DNA from: Acidobacteriota bacterium
GTDB lineage: Bacteria > Acidobacteriota > UBA890 > WLXD01
Assembly (NCBI GenBank): GCA_963666215.2
Contig: CAXWPL010000002.1
Span: forward strand, 64,001 to 128,000
Direction: 5' to 3'
DNA length: 64,000 bases
Within the stretch, counting starts at the first letter, position 1. Every line of letters begins with the position of its first letter. The notes under the pieces are model-generated. The model made no database searches, was not told the DNA's origin, and saw only the letters and a list, made by a program, of their open reading frames with translations. Below, in pieces: positions 10,449 through 19,230 of this stretch. Both the position numbers and the translations under genes were made by a program.

Positions 10449-10742
10449 ATGGGAAGAAGGCGGCATTTCAGTCGAGAGTTCAAGATCGAAGCGGTGCGGA
10501 TGACTCGGGAGGGCGATCATACGCTTGCCGAAGTCGCGCTGGATCTGGGTATCGGCGCGGGGCTATTAGGTCGGTGGCGAAGGCAGCTCGAGCAGCAGGG
10601 GCCATCCGCGTTCGCCGATGTGGGCAGCAGGCCGGTGCCCGATGAGCAGATCCGCGAGTTGCAGCGCGAGCTGCAGCGAGTACGGCAAGAACGCGACATT
10701 CTAAAAAAAGCGTTGGCGATCTTCTCGGACCGCCGGCGATGA
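10449..10742 (+). CDS. IS3 OrfA
   Basis: RRHFSREFKIEAV HTH, leucine zipper, ERDILKKA; A-AAA-AAA-G slippery site at 10703-10710, whose -1 frame is the OrfB frame. Confidence 0.92.
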   Translation: MGRRRHFSREFKIEAVRMTREGDHTLAEVALDLGIGAGLLGRWRRQLEQQGPSAFADVGSRPVPDEQIRELQRELQRVRQERDILKKALAIFSDRRR

Positions 10743-11719
10743 GATATCCCGTTGTCGAACAGCTCAGCGGCCGGTACCCGGTGCGGCGGATCTGCGAGAC
10801 GCTGGAAGTCTCTCGCAGCGGTTACTACGACTGGCTCGGACGGACGCCGAGCCCAAGGGCACGAGAAGATCGCCGGCTCAGGGTCCGGATACGAGCCACG
10901 TTTCGAGAGAGCCGCTGCCACTACGGCAGTCCGCGGATCTACAAGGAACTGCGGCAGGCCGGCATCCGGTGCTCGCGCAAGCGGGTGGCACGACTGATAC
11001 GGCAGGACGGCCTGCGAGCTCGCCAGCGTCGACGGTTCAGAGTCACGACGAGATCAACACCCGGTAGGCCAGCAGCGCCCAACCTGTTGGGACGGCGCTT
11101 CACCGCCAAGGCTCTGGACGAGGTGTGGCTGGGCGACGTCACGTATGTGTGGACGAATGAGGGATGGCTGTATCTTGCAGCGCTGATGGACCTGTGCTCG
11201 CGGAGGATCATCGGCTGGTCGGCGAACGAGCGCATGACGGGCAACCTGACCCTGACGGTGCTGGAGAAAGCGATCCGCCAACGTCGGCCCTGCGCAGGCG
11301 CGATGCATCACACGGATCGCGGCAGCCAATACACGAGCAAGGAGTACCAGGAGAGGCTCAAGACACTCGGGTTCGAGGTCTCGATGAGCCGGAAGGGAGA
11401 CTGCTGGGACAACGCGCCGATGGAGAGTTTCTTCTCAACCCTAAAGATGGAGCTCGGGGATCGGTTCACGTCACGGGCGGCGGCGCGAGCGGCGCTGTTC
11501 GAATACATCGAGGTTTTCTACAATCGGGCTCGGATGCATACCTCGATCGGAGACCAGAGCCCCGCGCAGTTCGAGCAGGCACTACGCTCGCTCGAGAACG
11601 GTCGGCGGCCAAACGTGGAAGCTGATGTGTCCATGGAAATCGCTGCGCGTTTCCCACAGCCACGTGGAGAACGCTCCGCGTTCCCCACGGCTCCCACGGC
11701 TGCTACTACAACTGTCTAA
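10739..11719 (+). CDS. IS3 OrfB (rve/DDE integrase core)
   Basis: YGSPRI, WLGDVTY, HHTDRGSQY, DNAPMESFFSTLKME, FYNRARMH. Confidence 0.95.
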   Translation: MRYPVVEQLSGRYPVRRICETLEVSRSGYYDWLGRTPSPRAREDRRLRVRIRATFRESRCHYGSPRIYKELRQAGIRCSRKRVARLIRQDGLRARQRRRFRVTTRSTPGRPAAPNLLGRRFTAKALDEVWLGDVTYVWTNEGWLYLAALMDLCSRRIIGWSANERMTGNLTLTVLEKAIRQRRPCAGAMHHTDRGSQYTSKEYQERLKTLGFEVSMSRKGDCWDNAPMESFFSTLKMELGDRFTSRAAARAALFEYIEVFYNRARMHTSIGDQSPAQFEQALRSLENGRRPNVEADVSMEIAARFPQPRGERSAFPTAPTAATTTV

Positions 11720-11756
11720 ACAACCTTAACTTTGTGTCCGTGAAAACGGGGCAACC

Positions 11757-12308
11757 CTACTCGTCCCGAATAAGGCCATGGCCCTCGATCGTATAGGTCT
11801 GTGCCCGCTTCGGCAGAAGCGTGGCCTGGACGGCAAGGCGCAGGGAGGAGAGCATCTCGTCCAAGCGCACGAAAAAGCCGTCATGGCCCATGCGCTCGTC
11901 TGCGCCTTCTAGGATCCGCCTCCGCTGCTCCGTCCAGAACTGCAGGTCGTCGTTCTGAGGGAGCAGGAGCACGTCCTCTCCCAGAAGGGAGTCAACTTTA
12001 AGGCACTCAGCGACGCGGTTGATACCGGCGGGGTCGTAGGCCAGGGCCCCGGCCCAAGGGCCCGAAATCACGTCTGACCAATTGTGCCGGAAGAGCAGGA
12101 GGAAACGAGAGGCAGGGGAGACAATCCCCAACCCGACGAATGCTAAACCAAGCGTGTGCTGTTGGATCGCGAGCCCGGGCCTCTCCAGGGTGAAGGCGGA
12201 GCCGTCGAGAGCGACGACGTCAAAGAGAAGAGCAAGCCCCAACAGTTCAAGGACAAGGAACTGCATCCAGGGCCGCGATTTGACGAAGAACTGAGCGACC
12301 CACTCCAT
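11757..12308 (-). CDS. Hypothetical two-TM membrane protein, probably 3'-truncated by IS3
   Basis: Two hydrophobic N-terminal segments; its TAG stop is the last three bases of the IS3 right IR. Confidence 0.55.
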   Translation of the reverse strand: MEWVAQFFVKSRPWMQFLVLELLGLALLFDVVALDGSAFTLERPGLAIQQHTLGLAFVGLGIVSPASRFLLLFRHNWSDVISGPWAGALAYDPAGINRVAECLKVDSLLGEDVLLLPQNDDLQFWTEQRRRILEGADERMGHDGFFVRLDEMLSSLRLAVQATLLPKRAQTYTIEGHGLIRDE

Positions 12309-12363
12309 TCTTAGGAGATCCTTTGACTTCTACCGGTTCTTAGCCCTGTAACGGCTCTGCGCT

Positions 12364-13770
12364 GGGATGTCACAGGCTCCGTTGAAAAAGGGTGACGGTG
12401 ATCCGACCTCGATAGTGTGTCGGGGTCAATCCACTGGCATGGAGGATCACCGTCATGAGCAAGAGTCGCAGAACAGAGACAAGTAGGAAAGCGGAGCGCC
12501 AAGAGAACCCGCTCCTGGAGGCAGTGGTAGCGGCGCGATCGGATCTACGAGCGCTGGTCATGGACGCGGGCTTCGGGGTGTTGGGTTCGCTGCTGGAAGA
12601 AGACCGGGCGGAGCTCTGCGGAGAGCGCTACGCGCGGTCACAGCAGCGGCGGGCGTACCGACACGGCTACGACGAGGGCTCGCTGGTGATGGGCGGCCGG
12701 CGGGTCAAGGTACGCAAGCCGCGGGCTCGGAGCGTCGATGGCCAAGAGCTGCCGCTGCCGCACTGGGAGAGGTTCAAGGCAACAGATCCGCTCGAAGAGC
12801 GCGCCGTAGAGCAGATCCTGTGCGGCGTCACGACGCGCAAGTACGAGCGCTCGTTAGAGCGGCTCGACGACGGGCGAGCTTCGTCGGGAACGAGTCGCTC
12901 GAGTGTGTCGCGGCGGTTCGTAGCGCGTACAGCCAAGCAGGTGCAGCAGTACCTGGCCCAACCGCTCAATGAAGTGGACCTGCCGGTGCTGGTGATCGAC
13001 GGCACGCACATGGGCAAGCACTTGTTGGTGATCGCCATGGGCATCGACGCGGACGGCGTCAAGCATGTGCTGGGTGTCGTAGAGGGCACCACGGAGAGCT
13101 CCCACGTGTGCCGGTCGCTGCTGCGGCAGTTGATCGAGCGCGGCATGCCCGTCGAACGGGCGCGGTTGGTGGTAATCGATGGCTCCAAGGGCCTCCGTAA
13201 AGCAGTGCGCGACACGTTCGGCGAGTGGGCCCTGATCCAGCGCTGCCGTGTCCACAAGATCAAGAATGTATTGGAGCATCTGCCAGGGCATATCCGGCCC
13301 TGGTTCGCAGCCAAGATCCGCAAGGCGTGGAAGGCGGAGACGGCCACGGCAGCGACCAAGCAGCTCGACGCCGTGGTCAAGGAGCTGGAGACCGATCACC
13401 CCGGTGCAGCGGCCTCGCTCAGAGAAGGAATGCAAGAGACGCTCACCGTCACTCGGCTCCGAGTTCAGGGGCCGCTGCTTCGGACGTTACGTTCAACGAA
13501 TACGATCGAGAACCTGAACGGGACGATCAAACACGTCAGCCGCAACGTAAAGCGGTGGCGCTCCGGGAGCATGATCGTTCGATGGGCGGTTACTGCACTC
13601 ATCGAGGCCGAGAGCAAGTTCCGGAGGGTTCGTGGCTACCGCGACATCGCCAAGCTCGATGCCGCACTCAACACCGCCGTCGACGTTCCCCTTGAGCAGG
13701 AGCGCCGTACTGCGTAACAATCCCCAACCACTTCACCGTCGCCTTAGTTCAACGGACGGTGGGACATCCC
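12364..13770 (+). mobile_element. IS256-family insertion sequence (complete)
   Basis: IRs GGGATGTCACAGGCTCCGTTGAA (from 12364) and TTCAACGGACGGTGGGACATCCC (ending 13770); no target duplication visible. Confidence 0.92.
12455..13717 (+). CDS. IS256 (mutator) transposase
   Basis: YRHGY, GVTTRKY, VIDG x2, QRCRVHK, LRSTNTIEN, FRRVRGY. Confidence 0.95.
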   Translation: MSKSRRTETSRKAERQENPLLEAVVAARSDLRALVMDAGFGVLGSLLEEDRAELCGERYARSQQRRAYRHGYDEGSLVMGGRRVKVRKPRARSVDGQELPLPHWERFKATDPLEERAVEQILCGVTTRKYERSLERLDDGRASSGTSRSSVSRRFVARTAKQVQQYLAQPLNEVDLPVLVIDGTHMGKHLLVIAMGIDADGVKHVLGVVEGTTESSHVCRSLLRQLIERGMPVERARLVVIDGSKGLRKAVRDTFGEWALIQRCRVHKIKNVLEHLPGHIRPWFAAKIRKAWKAETATAATKQLDAVVKELETDHPGAAASLREGMQETLTVTRLRVQGPLLRTLRSTNTIENLNGTIKHVSRNVKRWRSGSMIVRWAVTALIEAESKFRRVRGYRDIAKLDAALNTAVDVPLEQERRTA

Positions 13771-14049
13771 CCCCGTGGGAGGGTCCCGGTAACCCACTGA
13801 AACAGCAGGAGTTACCCATTTACCCCTAGATCCCGCTGCCGGCGTTAGGGGTATAAGGCGAGCCAGGCTCGAGCGGATCCGCCTGGCATTCGCTGCCCGC
13901 CGCCGACAAATTCGACGCGCCATTTGGGCTCCTGCGCTGGCCCGCAACTTTCCTCCCGCCCCTCTCTCCGTTGGATCTCGCACGCTTTGGCGGTAGGCTT
14001 CAGGCGTTCGCCCCCTACCCCGCTGGGCACGCGGCTCGGCTGGCCGAGG

Positions 14050-14068
14050 AAGTTAAATTGACAATGCC
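14050..14068 (+). mobile_element. Isolated IS6-like terminal inverted repeat
   Basis: AAGTTAAATTGACAATGCC; resembles the IS6 end at 17560-17571 and a degenerate copy at 16446-16465. Confidence 0.55.
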
Positions 14069-14155
14069 CTTTCGTTCGGTGCGTCGCGCAACATCACGCC
14101 CCCGGCGCCGGCCGGAGCGAGCTCGGGGACATTCGACAGCCGCTCGATTTCGAGC

Positions 14156-15190
14156 CTACGAGTCGTACCGAACGATTACCCCCTCGGAGAATCGCTCCAT
14201 CTCCTCGTACTGCGGGCTGAACTGGAGTAACACCAGGTCGACCCCGGCGGCCTCGAAGGCGCGGAGGCGCTCGACGAGCTGCTCGGGAGTTCCCACCAAG
14301 CCGCTCTTCAGGCCCCGGTTGGAGACCGAGTAGTCCTGCACCTGCAGCTCCTGCTCCAGCTCCGTGCCGGCGAGCCACTGCTGGAAGTTTTCGAAGCCAG
14401 CGTCTCCCTCCCCCAGGTTGGTGACACGCTCGTACTCGCGTCGAACCTCTTCCTCGGTATCCCGGCAGATCGCGTAGCCCGACACACCGTACACGAGGTC
14501 GGGGAGGTCGAGGCTCGCGCGCCGGGCGCGCATGTCGGCGATCTTGTCGGCCACCGTGGCGGGAGGATCGCCGTGCATGAGGTAGGCGTCGCAATGGCTC
14601 GAGATCATCTCCTTAGCCCTCGGAGACTCGCCGCCCGCGTAGACGATCGGTCGCGGTTTCTGCACCGGCTTGGGCTCGAGGATCGCGTCCGCGACGTTGT
14701 AGTAGTCGCCGGAGAAGCTGAACCTCTTCTCGGACCACATCCCCGAAACCACCTCCAGCCACTCCGAAGAGCGCGCGTAGCGATTATCGTGGTGATCGAA
14801 TCCGACACCGTACTGGCGCGCCTCATCCTCCCACCACGACGACACCAGGTTGATGGTCAGACGCCCTCCGCTGATCTGATCGATATTCGCCGCTTGCTTG
14901 GCTAGCAGGGCCGGTTCGTGAAAGGTGGGACGCACCGCAACCATCAGTTCGAGGCTCTCGGTGACCGCCGCAAGCGCCGACGTCGTGGTCCAGGCGTCAA
15001 GAGAAGGAGCCTCGACGCCCTTGATGTCGTTAAGGTTGAGCTCGGCGATCAGCGTGAGGTCGAAGCCGATTTGCTCGCTGCGACGAGCCAAGCGAGACAC
15101 GTAGTCCCAGGAAGGCTCCATCCCTTCCTGCTCGACGTTGCGCAGCCATCCTCCGAAAACCGGCAGCCAGAAGCCGAAACGCATGTTCAC
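14156..15190 (-). CDS. LLM-class flavin-dependent monooxygenase (SsuD/SfnG-like)
   Basis: FGFWLPVFGGWL, GFDLTLIAE, LMVAVRP, SGGRLTINLVSSW, YAGGES, GLVGTPEQ. Confidence 0.9.
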   Translation of the reverse strand: MNMRFGFWLPVFGGWLRNVEQEGMEPSWDYVSRLARRSEQIGFDLTLIAELNLNDIKGVEAPSLDAWTTTSALAAVTESLELMVAVRPTFHEPALLAKQAANIDQISGGRLTINLVSSWWEDEARQYGVGFDHHDNRYARSSEWLEVVSGMWSEKRFSFSGDYYNVADAILEPKPVQKPRPIVYAGGESPRAKEMISSHCDAYLMHGDPPATVADKIADMRARRASLDLPDLVYGVSGYAICRDTEEEVRREYERVTNLGEGDAGFENFQQWLAGTELEQELQVQDYSVSNRGLKSGLVGTPEQLVERLRAFEAAGVDLVLLQFSPQYEEMERFSEGVIVRYDS

Positions 15191-15193
15191 ACC

Positions 15194-16198
15194 CTATCCG
15201 GCGCCGTTTCCGTTCGACGCCCGATCGGCCTCTTCAACCAGGTAGTCGACCAGACGGCTGAAGGGATCGAAGCCGATGACGTTGGGGGCGTCGGCCACGA
15301 AGTTCGATAGAGCGTTGAGGTCGTAGAAGTAGTGCTGGCCGTCGCGTGCGTCGACGATGTACTCGATGCCCCCTACATCGACGTGGGCTGCGGCCATGAT
15401 GCGCTCGACTTGATTGACAATCTCCTCCGGCGGCTCGTAGCCCTCGACGTACAGGTCGTTTTTCGGCGCGTCCTCGGGGTAGGCGGCGCGCTCCAGCTTG
15501 TCGCCCCCGACGCACATGGAAATGCTGCCGGGACAAAGGTTGAAGCCGCCGTCGCCCTGCATGTAGATCCGGATGGCGTACAGGTGCCGCCCCCCCACCA
15601 CCTCCACCCGAACGATCCTGCTCTCCGACGCCGGAATGAACTCCTGGAGGAGCGCGGTGCCGTCCAATCCGAAATCCAGATCGTTCTCCTCGGCGGCCTG
15701 TCGGAGGTCAGCGGCGCTCTCGAACTTCCGGATCCCGGCGCCGCTGCCGCCGATGTTGGGCTTGAAGATGACCGGGAAGCTCAGGCCCTCGGCGAGTTGC
15801 GCGGCAGCGGACGCGTTGTGGATGAGACGGGACGGGGGCGCCGGCAAACCCTCCTGTGCGAACAGCGCTAGCTGCCGCGCCTTGGAGATCTCCGTGGCGA
15901 AACACTCGTACCCGTTGATCACTTTCACGCCCAGCTTCTCAAGGTGTGCCAGGTATTGCAGCGTGTAGAAGATCGCGCCCGAATGACCGCGGGTGAACGC
16001 GGAGGGACTGACGCGGTTGAACAGGAGGGAATACGGAGGGCGGGGGTCCGCGATGTCGTAGGAATGATTTTCGACATGCAGCCGGTCGTGCGCGATGCCG
16101 CGCAGCTCCAGCTCGTCGAAGAGGGGGCCGAACCAGCTCGGATGCTCGTAATAGATGGCGATGGGTGTCGTCGCCGGTTCCGTCGATCGAGTGGACAT
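15194..16198 (-). CDS. ATP-grasp ligase (RimK/glutathione synthetase-like)
   Basis: VING..EISKARQ, FPVIFKPNIGGSGAGI, LLQEFIP, GGIEY, YDLNALSNF; GAGGAG RBS before ATG 16198. Confidence 0.87.
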   Translation of the reverse strand: MSTRSTEPATTPIAIYYEHPSWFGPLFDELELRGIAHDRLHVENHSYDIADPRPPYSLLFNRVSPSAFTRGHSGAIFYTLQYLAHLEKLGVKVINGYECFATEISKARQLALFAQEGLPAPPSRLIHNASAAAQLAEGLSFPVIFKPNIGGSGAGIRKFESAADLRQAAEENDLDFGLDGTALLQEFIPASESRIVRVEVVGGRHLYAIRIYMQGDGGFNLCPGSISMCVGGDKLERAAYPEDAPKNDLYVEGYEPPEEIVNQVERIMAAAHVDVGGIEYIVDARDGQHYFYDLNALSNFVADAPNVIGFDPFSRLVDYLVEEADRASNGNGAG

Positions 16199-16305
16199 GT
16201 GGAAACTCCTCGCGTTTCTCCGCGGCCTACATCCGAACCAAGGGGCCACGCGACCCAAGGGCCCACCAGACTCCCACTCGACTGCGCACAGTAATTCTGA
16301 GTGAA

Positions 16306-16422
16306 TCCGTCAGAATTTGCGATTGTAGGCTGCGCCGCCCGCGACAACGGTGCCATGACGTCGTGATTCATCTGGTTCTGCATCGGTTCGCATAGCGACT
16401 ACGACAGAATGCTTCGCGAGCT
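16306..16422 (+). pseudogene. Remnant of a RelE/ParE-like toxin gene
   Basis: FIWFCIGSHSDYDRMLREL matches the recalled WFWIGSHxxYDxL C-terminal motif; an upstream SVRI lies in another frame. Confidence 0.55.
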
Positions 16423-16518
16423 GTGCCCCGGATCTCGGACCGGCGAAGTTAACTTGAGAGCGTCCCCAGAACACCCAAGAAAGTATGAGTTACGCAGAGG
16501 AGTGTCTCATGTTCCGGG

Positions 16519-17571
16519 GGGATGTCACAGGCGTCCGTTGAACTAAGGCGACGGTGAAGTGGTTGGGATTGTTACGCAGTACGGCGCTCCTGCTCAAGGT
16601 GAGCGTCGACGGCGGCGTTCAGTGCGGCATCGAGCTTGGCGATGTCGCGGTAGCCACGGACCCTCCGGAAGTGGCTCTCGGCCTCGATGAGCGCGGTAAC
16701 CGCCCATCGAACGATCATGCTCCCGGAGCGCCATCTCTTTACGTTGCGGCTGACGTGTTTGATCGTGCCGTTGAGATTCTCGATCGTGTTCGTTGAACGC
16801 AACGTTCGAAGCAGCGGCCCCTGCACTCCGAGCCGGGTGACGGTGAGCGTCTCTTGCATTCCTTCTCTGAGCGAGGCCGCGGCACCCGGGTGATCCGTCT
16901 CCAGCTCTTTGGCCACGGCGTCGAGCTGCTTGGTCGCTGCCGCTGCCGTCTCCGCCTTCCAGGCCTTGCGGATCTTCGCCGCGAACCAGGGCCGGATATG
17001 CCCTGGCAGATGTTCCAAGACGTTCTTGATCTTGTGGACACGGCAGCGCTGGATCAGGGTCCACTCGCCGAACGTGTCGCGCACTGCTTTACGGAGGCCC
17101 TTGGAGCCATCGATTACCACCAACCGCGCCCGTTCGACGGGCATGCCGCGTTCAATCAACTGCCGCAGCAGCGATCGGCACACACGTGAACTCTCGGTGG
17201 TGCCTTCTACGACGCCCAGAACATGCTTGCCGCCGTCCGTATCGATGCCCATGGCGATCACCAACAGGTACTTGCCCATGTGCGTACCGTCGATCACCAG
17301 CACCGGCAAGTCCACCTCGTTGAGTGGTTGGGCCAGATACTGCTGCACCTGCCGGGCGGTACGCGCTACGAACCGCCGCGACACACTCGAGCGACTCGTC
17401 CCGGATGAAGTTCGGCCTTCGGACAGCACGTCTCGAGAGCTCAGGCAAAACCGATGGTAGAGCCAGACGGCGTGGCTGATGATCTCGACCGCAAAACGGT
17501 GTCTGCGGTAGCGGACGGATGCGGTGGCCACGGCTGCACTCTGCCAGCATCTCGGTTGGGTTGACAACGCC
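16519..17571 (-). mobile_element. Chimeric IS: IS6 left end fused to the 3' two-thirds of an IS256 copy
   Basis: IS6-type IR GGCGTTGTCAAC (17571-17560); YRRHRFAVEIISHAVWLYHRFCLSSRDV is in frame with sequence nearly identical to the 12455-13717 protein; IS256 IR ends at 16519. Confidence 0.85.
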
Positions 17572-17636
17572 CTGAAGAGCCTCCTTCCTATCCATGTGCT
17601 GTACGATCGCGCCGCTCCAATCCTGAGGACCAGACC

Positions 17637-19055
17637 ATGACAGACAATCCACTCGCCGACCTCAAGACGAGCCTCCGCGGAGAGTTGATCACCCGCGACG
17701 ACCAAGAAGCGTTCACCGCCGCGCGCTTTCGCGGATGGAACCGCGACCTGAACACGCGCTCGAATCCACTGGGCTTCGTCATCGCTTCGGGTGTGCGGGA
17801 CATCGCGACGACGGTGACCTACTGTCGGTCGGACAACATTCCGATCACCGTGCGAGGAAAGGGCTGCCATTCGCCGTATGGAATGGCGAACGACGCCGTC
17901 GCGATCGACCTCTCCAAGATGACCGCGGTCCGGGTCGACCCTGAGAAGAAGCTGGTTGCTATCCAAGCGGGTGCCGATGGAGGCGACGTCGATCACGAGA
18001 CGGCCCTCCACAACCTCATTTGCCTCACCGGTACGGTTTCGCACACCGGATTTGCCGGTGTCGCACTTGGAGGTGGCATGGGCCATCTGAGCCGTTGGCT
18101 GGGCGCCGTCGTCGACAGCATCGTCAGCTACGAGATGGTCACGGCAATCGGAGACGTCGTTCGCGTTGACGAAGCCAAGGACCCTGAGCTCTTCTGGGGC
18201 ATGCGCGGGAACGGGGCCAGCTTTGGAATCGTCACCGAGTTCGTCCTCGAGCTCCGCGACATGCCCAACAACGGGATCATCCGAAGCGCCCCGATCCTAT
18301 GGGGCGCGGACAAGGCAAAGGAAGTGATGACGCCCTGGATGGGTCGCATCACCGGTCCAGAGCGCAAGGAAACCGAAACCCTTCAGTTTGCGTTCCTGCA
18401 CTCGCCGGATGGTCACCCAGTCTGCGGTGTGATCCCCCTGATCGTCGGTGAAACGGAGCCCGCGGCCAAGGCCACATGTGACGAGCTGGCGGCGTACGGG
18501 GGTGGGGCATTGGTCCGGCAAGACACCCAGTTGCCGTACACGGCCCTCCAGGCGGCACTGGGCGACTGCTTCCCTTTCAACAGGAACTACTGGGACAAGG
18601 GAGTGTTCATCAACTGGGACCCCAGCGATACGAACGCTGCGAACAGCATCGTCGACATCGCCGTGAAGCACTGGAGCGAGAAGCCAGACTTCGCCACGAA
18701 GCTGTCCACGTTCCTGCTCTTCTTGGAGGTCAACGGAGCGGTGGGTAGGCCAGATCCCGCCTCCACCTCGTTCTCCGCTCGTACCGGACGCCTGTGGTGC
18801 ACAGCCCTCATCGGTTGGCCCGACGAAGACGACTCACAACGCGCGGCCAGCAAGAAGTGGTGCGGCGATTTCGTCGAGAAGCTGCGCCCGTTTCATGTGA
18901 CCAGGTATCTGAACAACGCCATGCCCGAGAGCGATGCGGAAATGCTGGGCGTATTCCCCGAGGACACCATGAAGCGCCTGCGGGCTCTCAAGGGAAAGCA
19001 CGACCCCGGCAACCTGTTCAAGATGGGCGCCTGGCAGTATCAGGCCAACATGTAG
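17637..19055 (+). CDS. FAD-binding oxidoreductase (berberine bridge enzyme/VAO superfamily)
   Basis: VRGKGCHS covalent-FAD His motif, GTVSHTGFAGVALGGGMG, PELFWGMRGNG..FGIVT, YLNN, LKGKHDPGNLF. Confidence 0.92.
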   Translation: MTDNPLADLKTSLRGELITRDDQEAFTAARFRGWNRDLNTRSNPLGFVIASGVRDIATTVTYCRSDNIPITVRGKGCHSPYGMANDAVAIDLSKMTAVRVDPEKKLVAIQAGADGGDVDHETALHNLICLTGTVSHTGFAGVALGGGMGHLSRWLGAVVDSIVSYEMVTAIGDVVRVDEAKDPELFWGMRGNGASFGIVTEFVLELRDMPNNGIIRSAPILWGADKAKEVMTPWMGRITGPERKETETLQFAFLHSPDGHPVCGVIPLIVGETEPAAKATCDELAAYGGGALVRQDTQLPYTALQAALGDCFPFNRNYWDKGVFINWDPSDTNAANSIVDIAVKHWSEKPDFATKLSTFLLFLEVNGAVGRPDPASTSFSARTGRLWCTALIGWPDEDDSQRAASKKWCGDFVEKLRPFHVTRYLNNAMPESDAEMLGVFPEDTMKRLRALKGKHDPGNLFKMGAWQYQANM

Positions 19056-19170
19056 CTGGCACTCGAAGCCGTCGGGCTCACGGGGTGGGATTCGACTTGC
19101 TCGGTTGCCGGGCGGTCCGCGAGCGATGAAGTGTCGCTCAGGCGGCTTCGTCGCCGTCGCGTCCAGCCGC

Positions 19171-19230
19171 ATCCGGTATTGGTGTACGAAGTTCGGGCCC
19201 GAGTACGCAGCCAAGCTCCGGCAGCGGCAA
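19171..19230 (+). pseudogene. IS6 transposase fragment
   Basis: IRYWCTKFGPEYAAKLRQRQ is the segment that closely follows 'LSxRDV' in IS6 transposases. Confidence 0.7.

Larger units (their letters stand above)
10388..11759 (+). mobile_element. IS3-family insertion sequence
   Basis: 26-bp imperfect IRs: TGGGCCTGCCCCGATTTCACGGACAC (10388-10413) and GTGTCCGTGAAAACGGGGCAACCCTA (11734-11759); no target duplication visible. Confidence 0.93.

Noticed and set aside
13776-14045. Inverted repeats (GTAAC/GTTAC, TACCCCTA/TAGGGGTA) as an att site or ncRNA
   Set aside because: Short, with no match to the tRNA end and no recognisable RNA family; left unassigned
16200-16300. SAM riboswitch upstream of the ATP-grasp/LLM operon
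   Set aside because: No SAM-I or SAM-II consensus elements recognised
17561-17607. IS6-supplied TTGACA forming a hybrid promoter for the FAD oxidase
   Set aside because: The best -10 candidate (TACGAT near 17602) is about 35 bp away, not 16-18
17532-18086. N-terminal 185 aa of the 504-aa ORF 16572-18086
   Set aside because: Mostly antisense to the FAD oxidase and extends beyond the IS6 end
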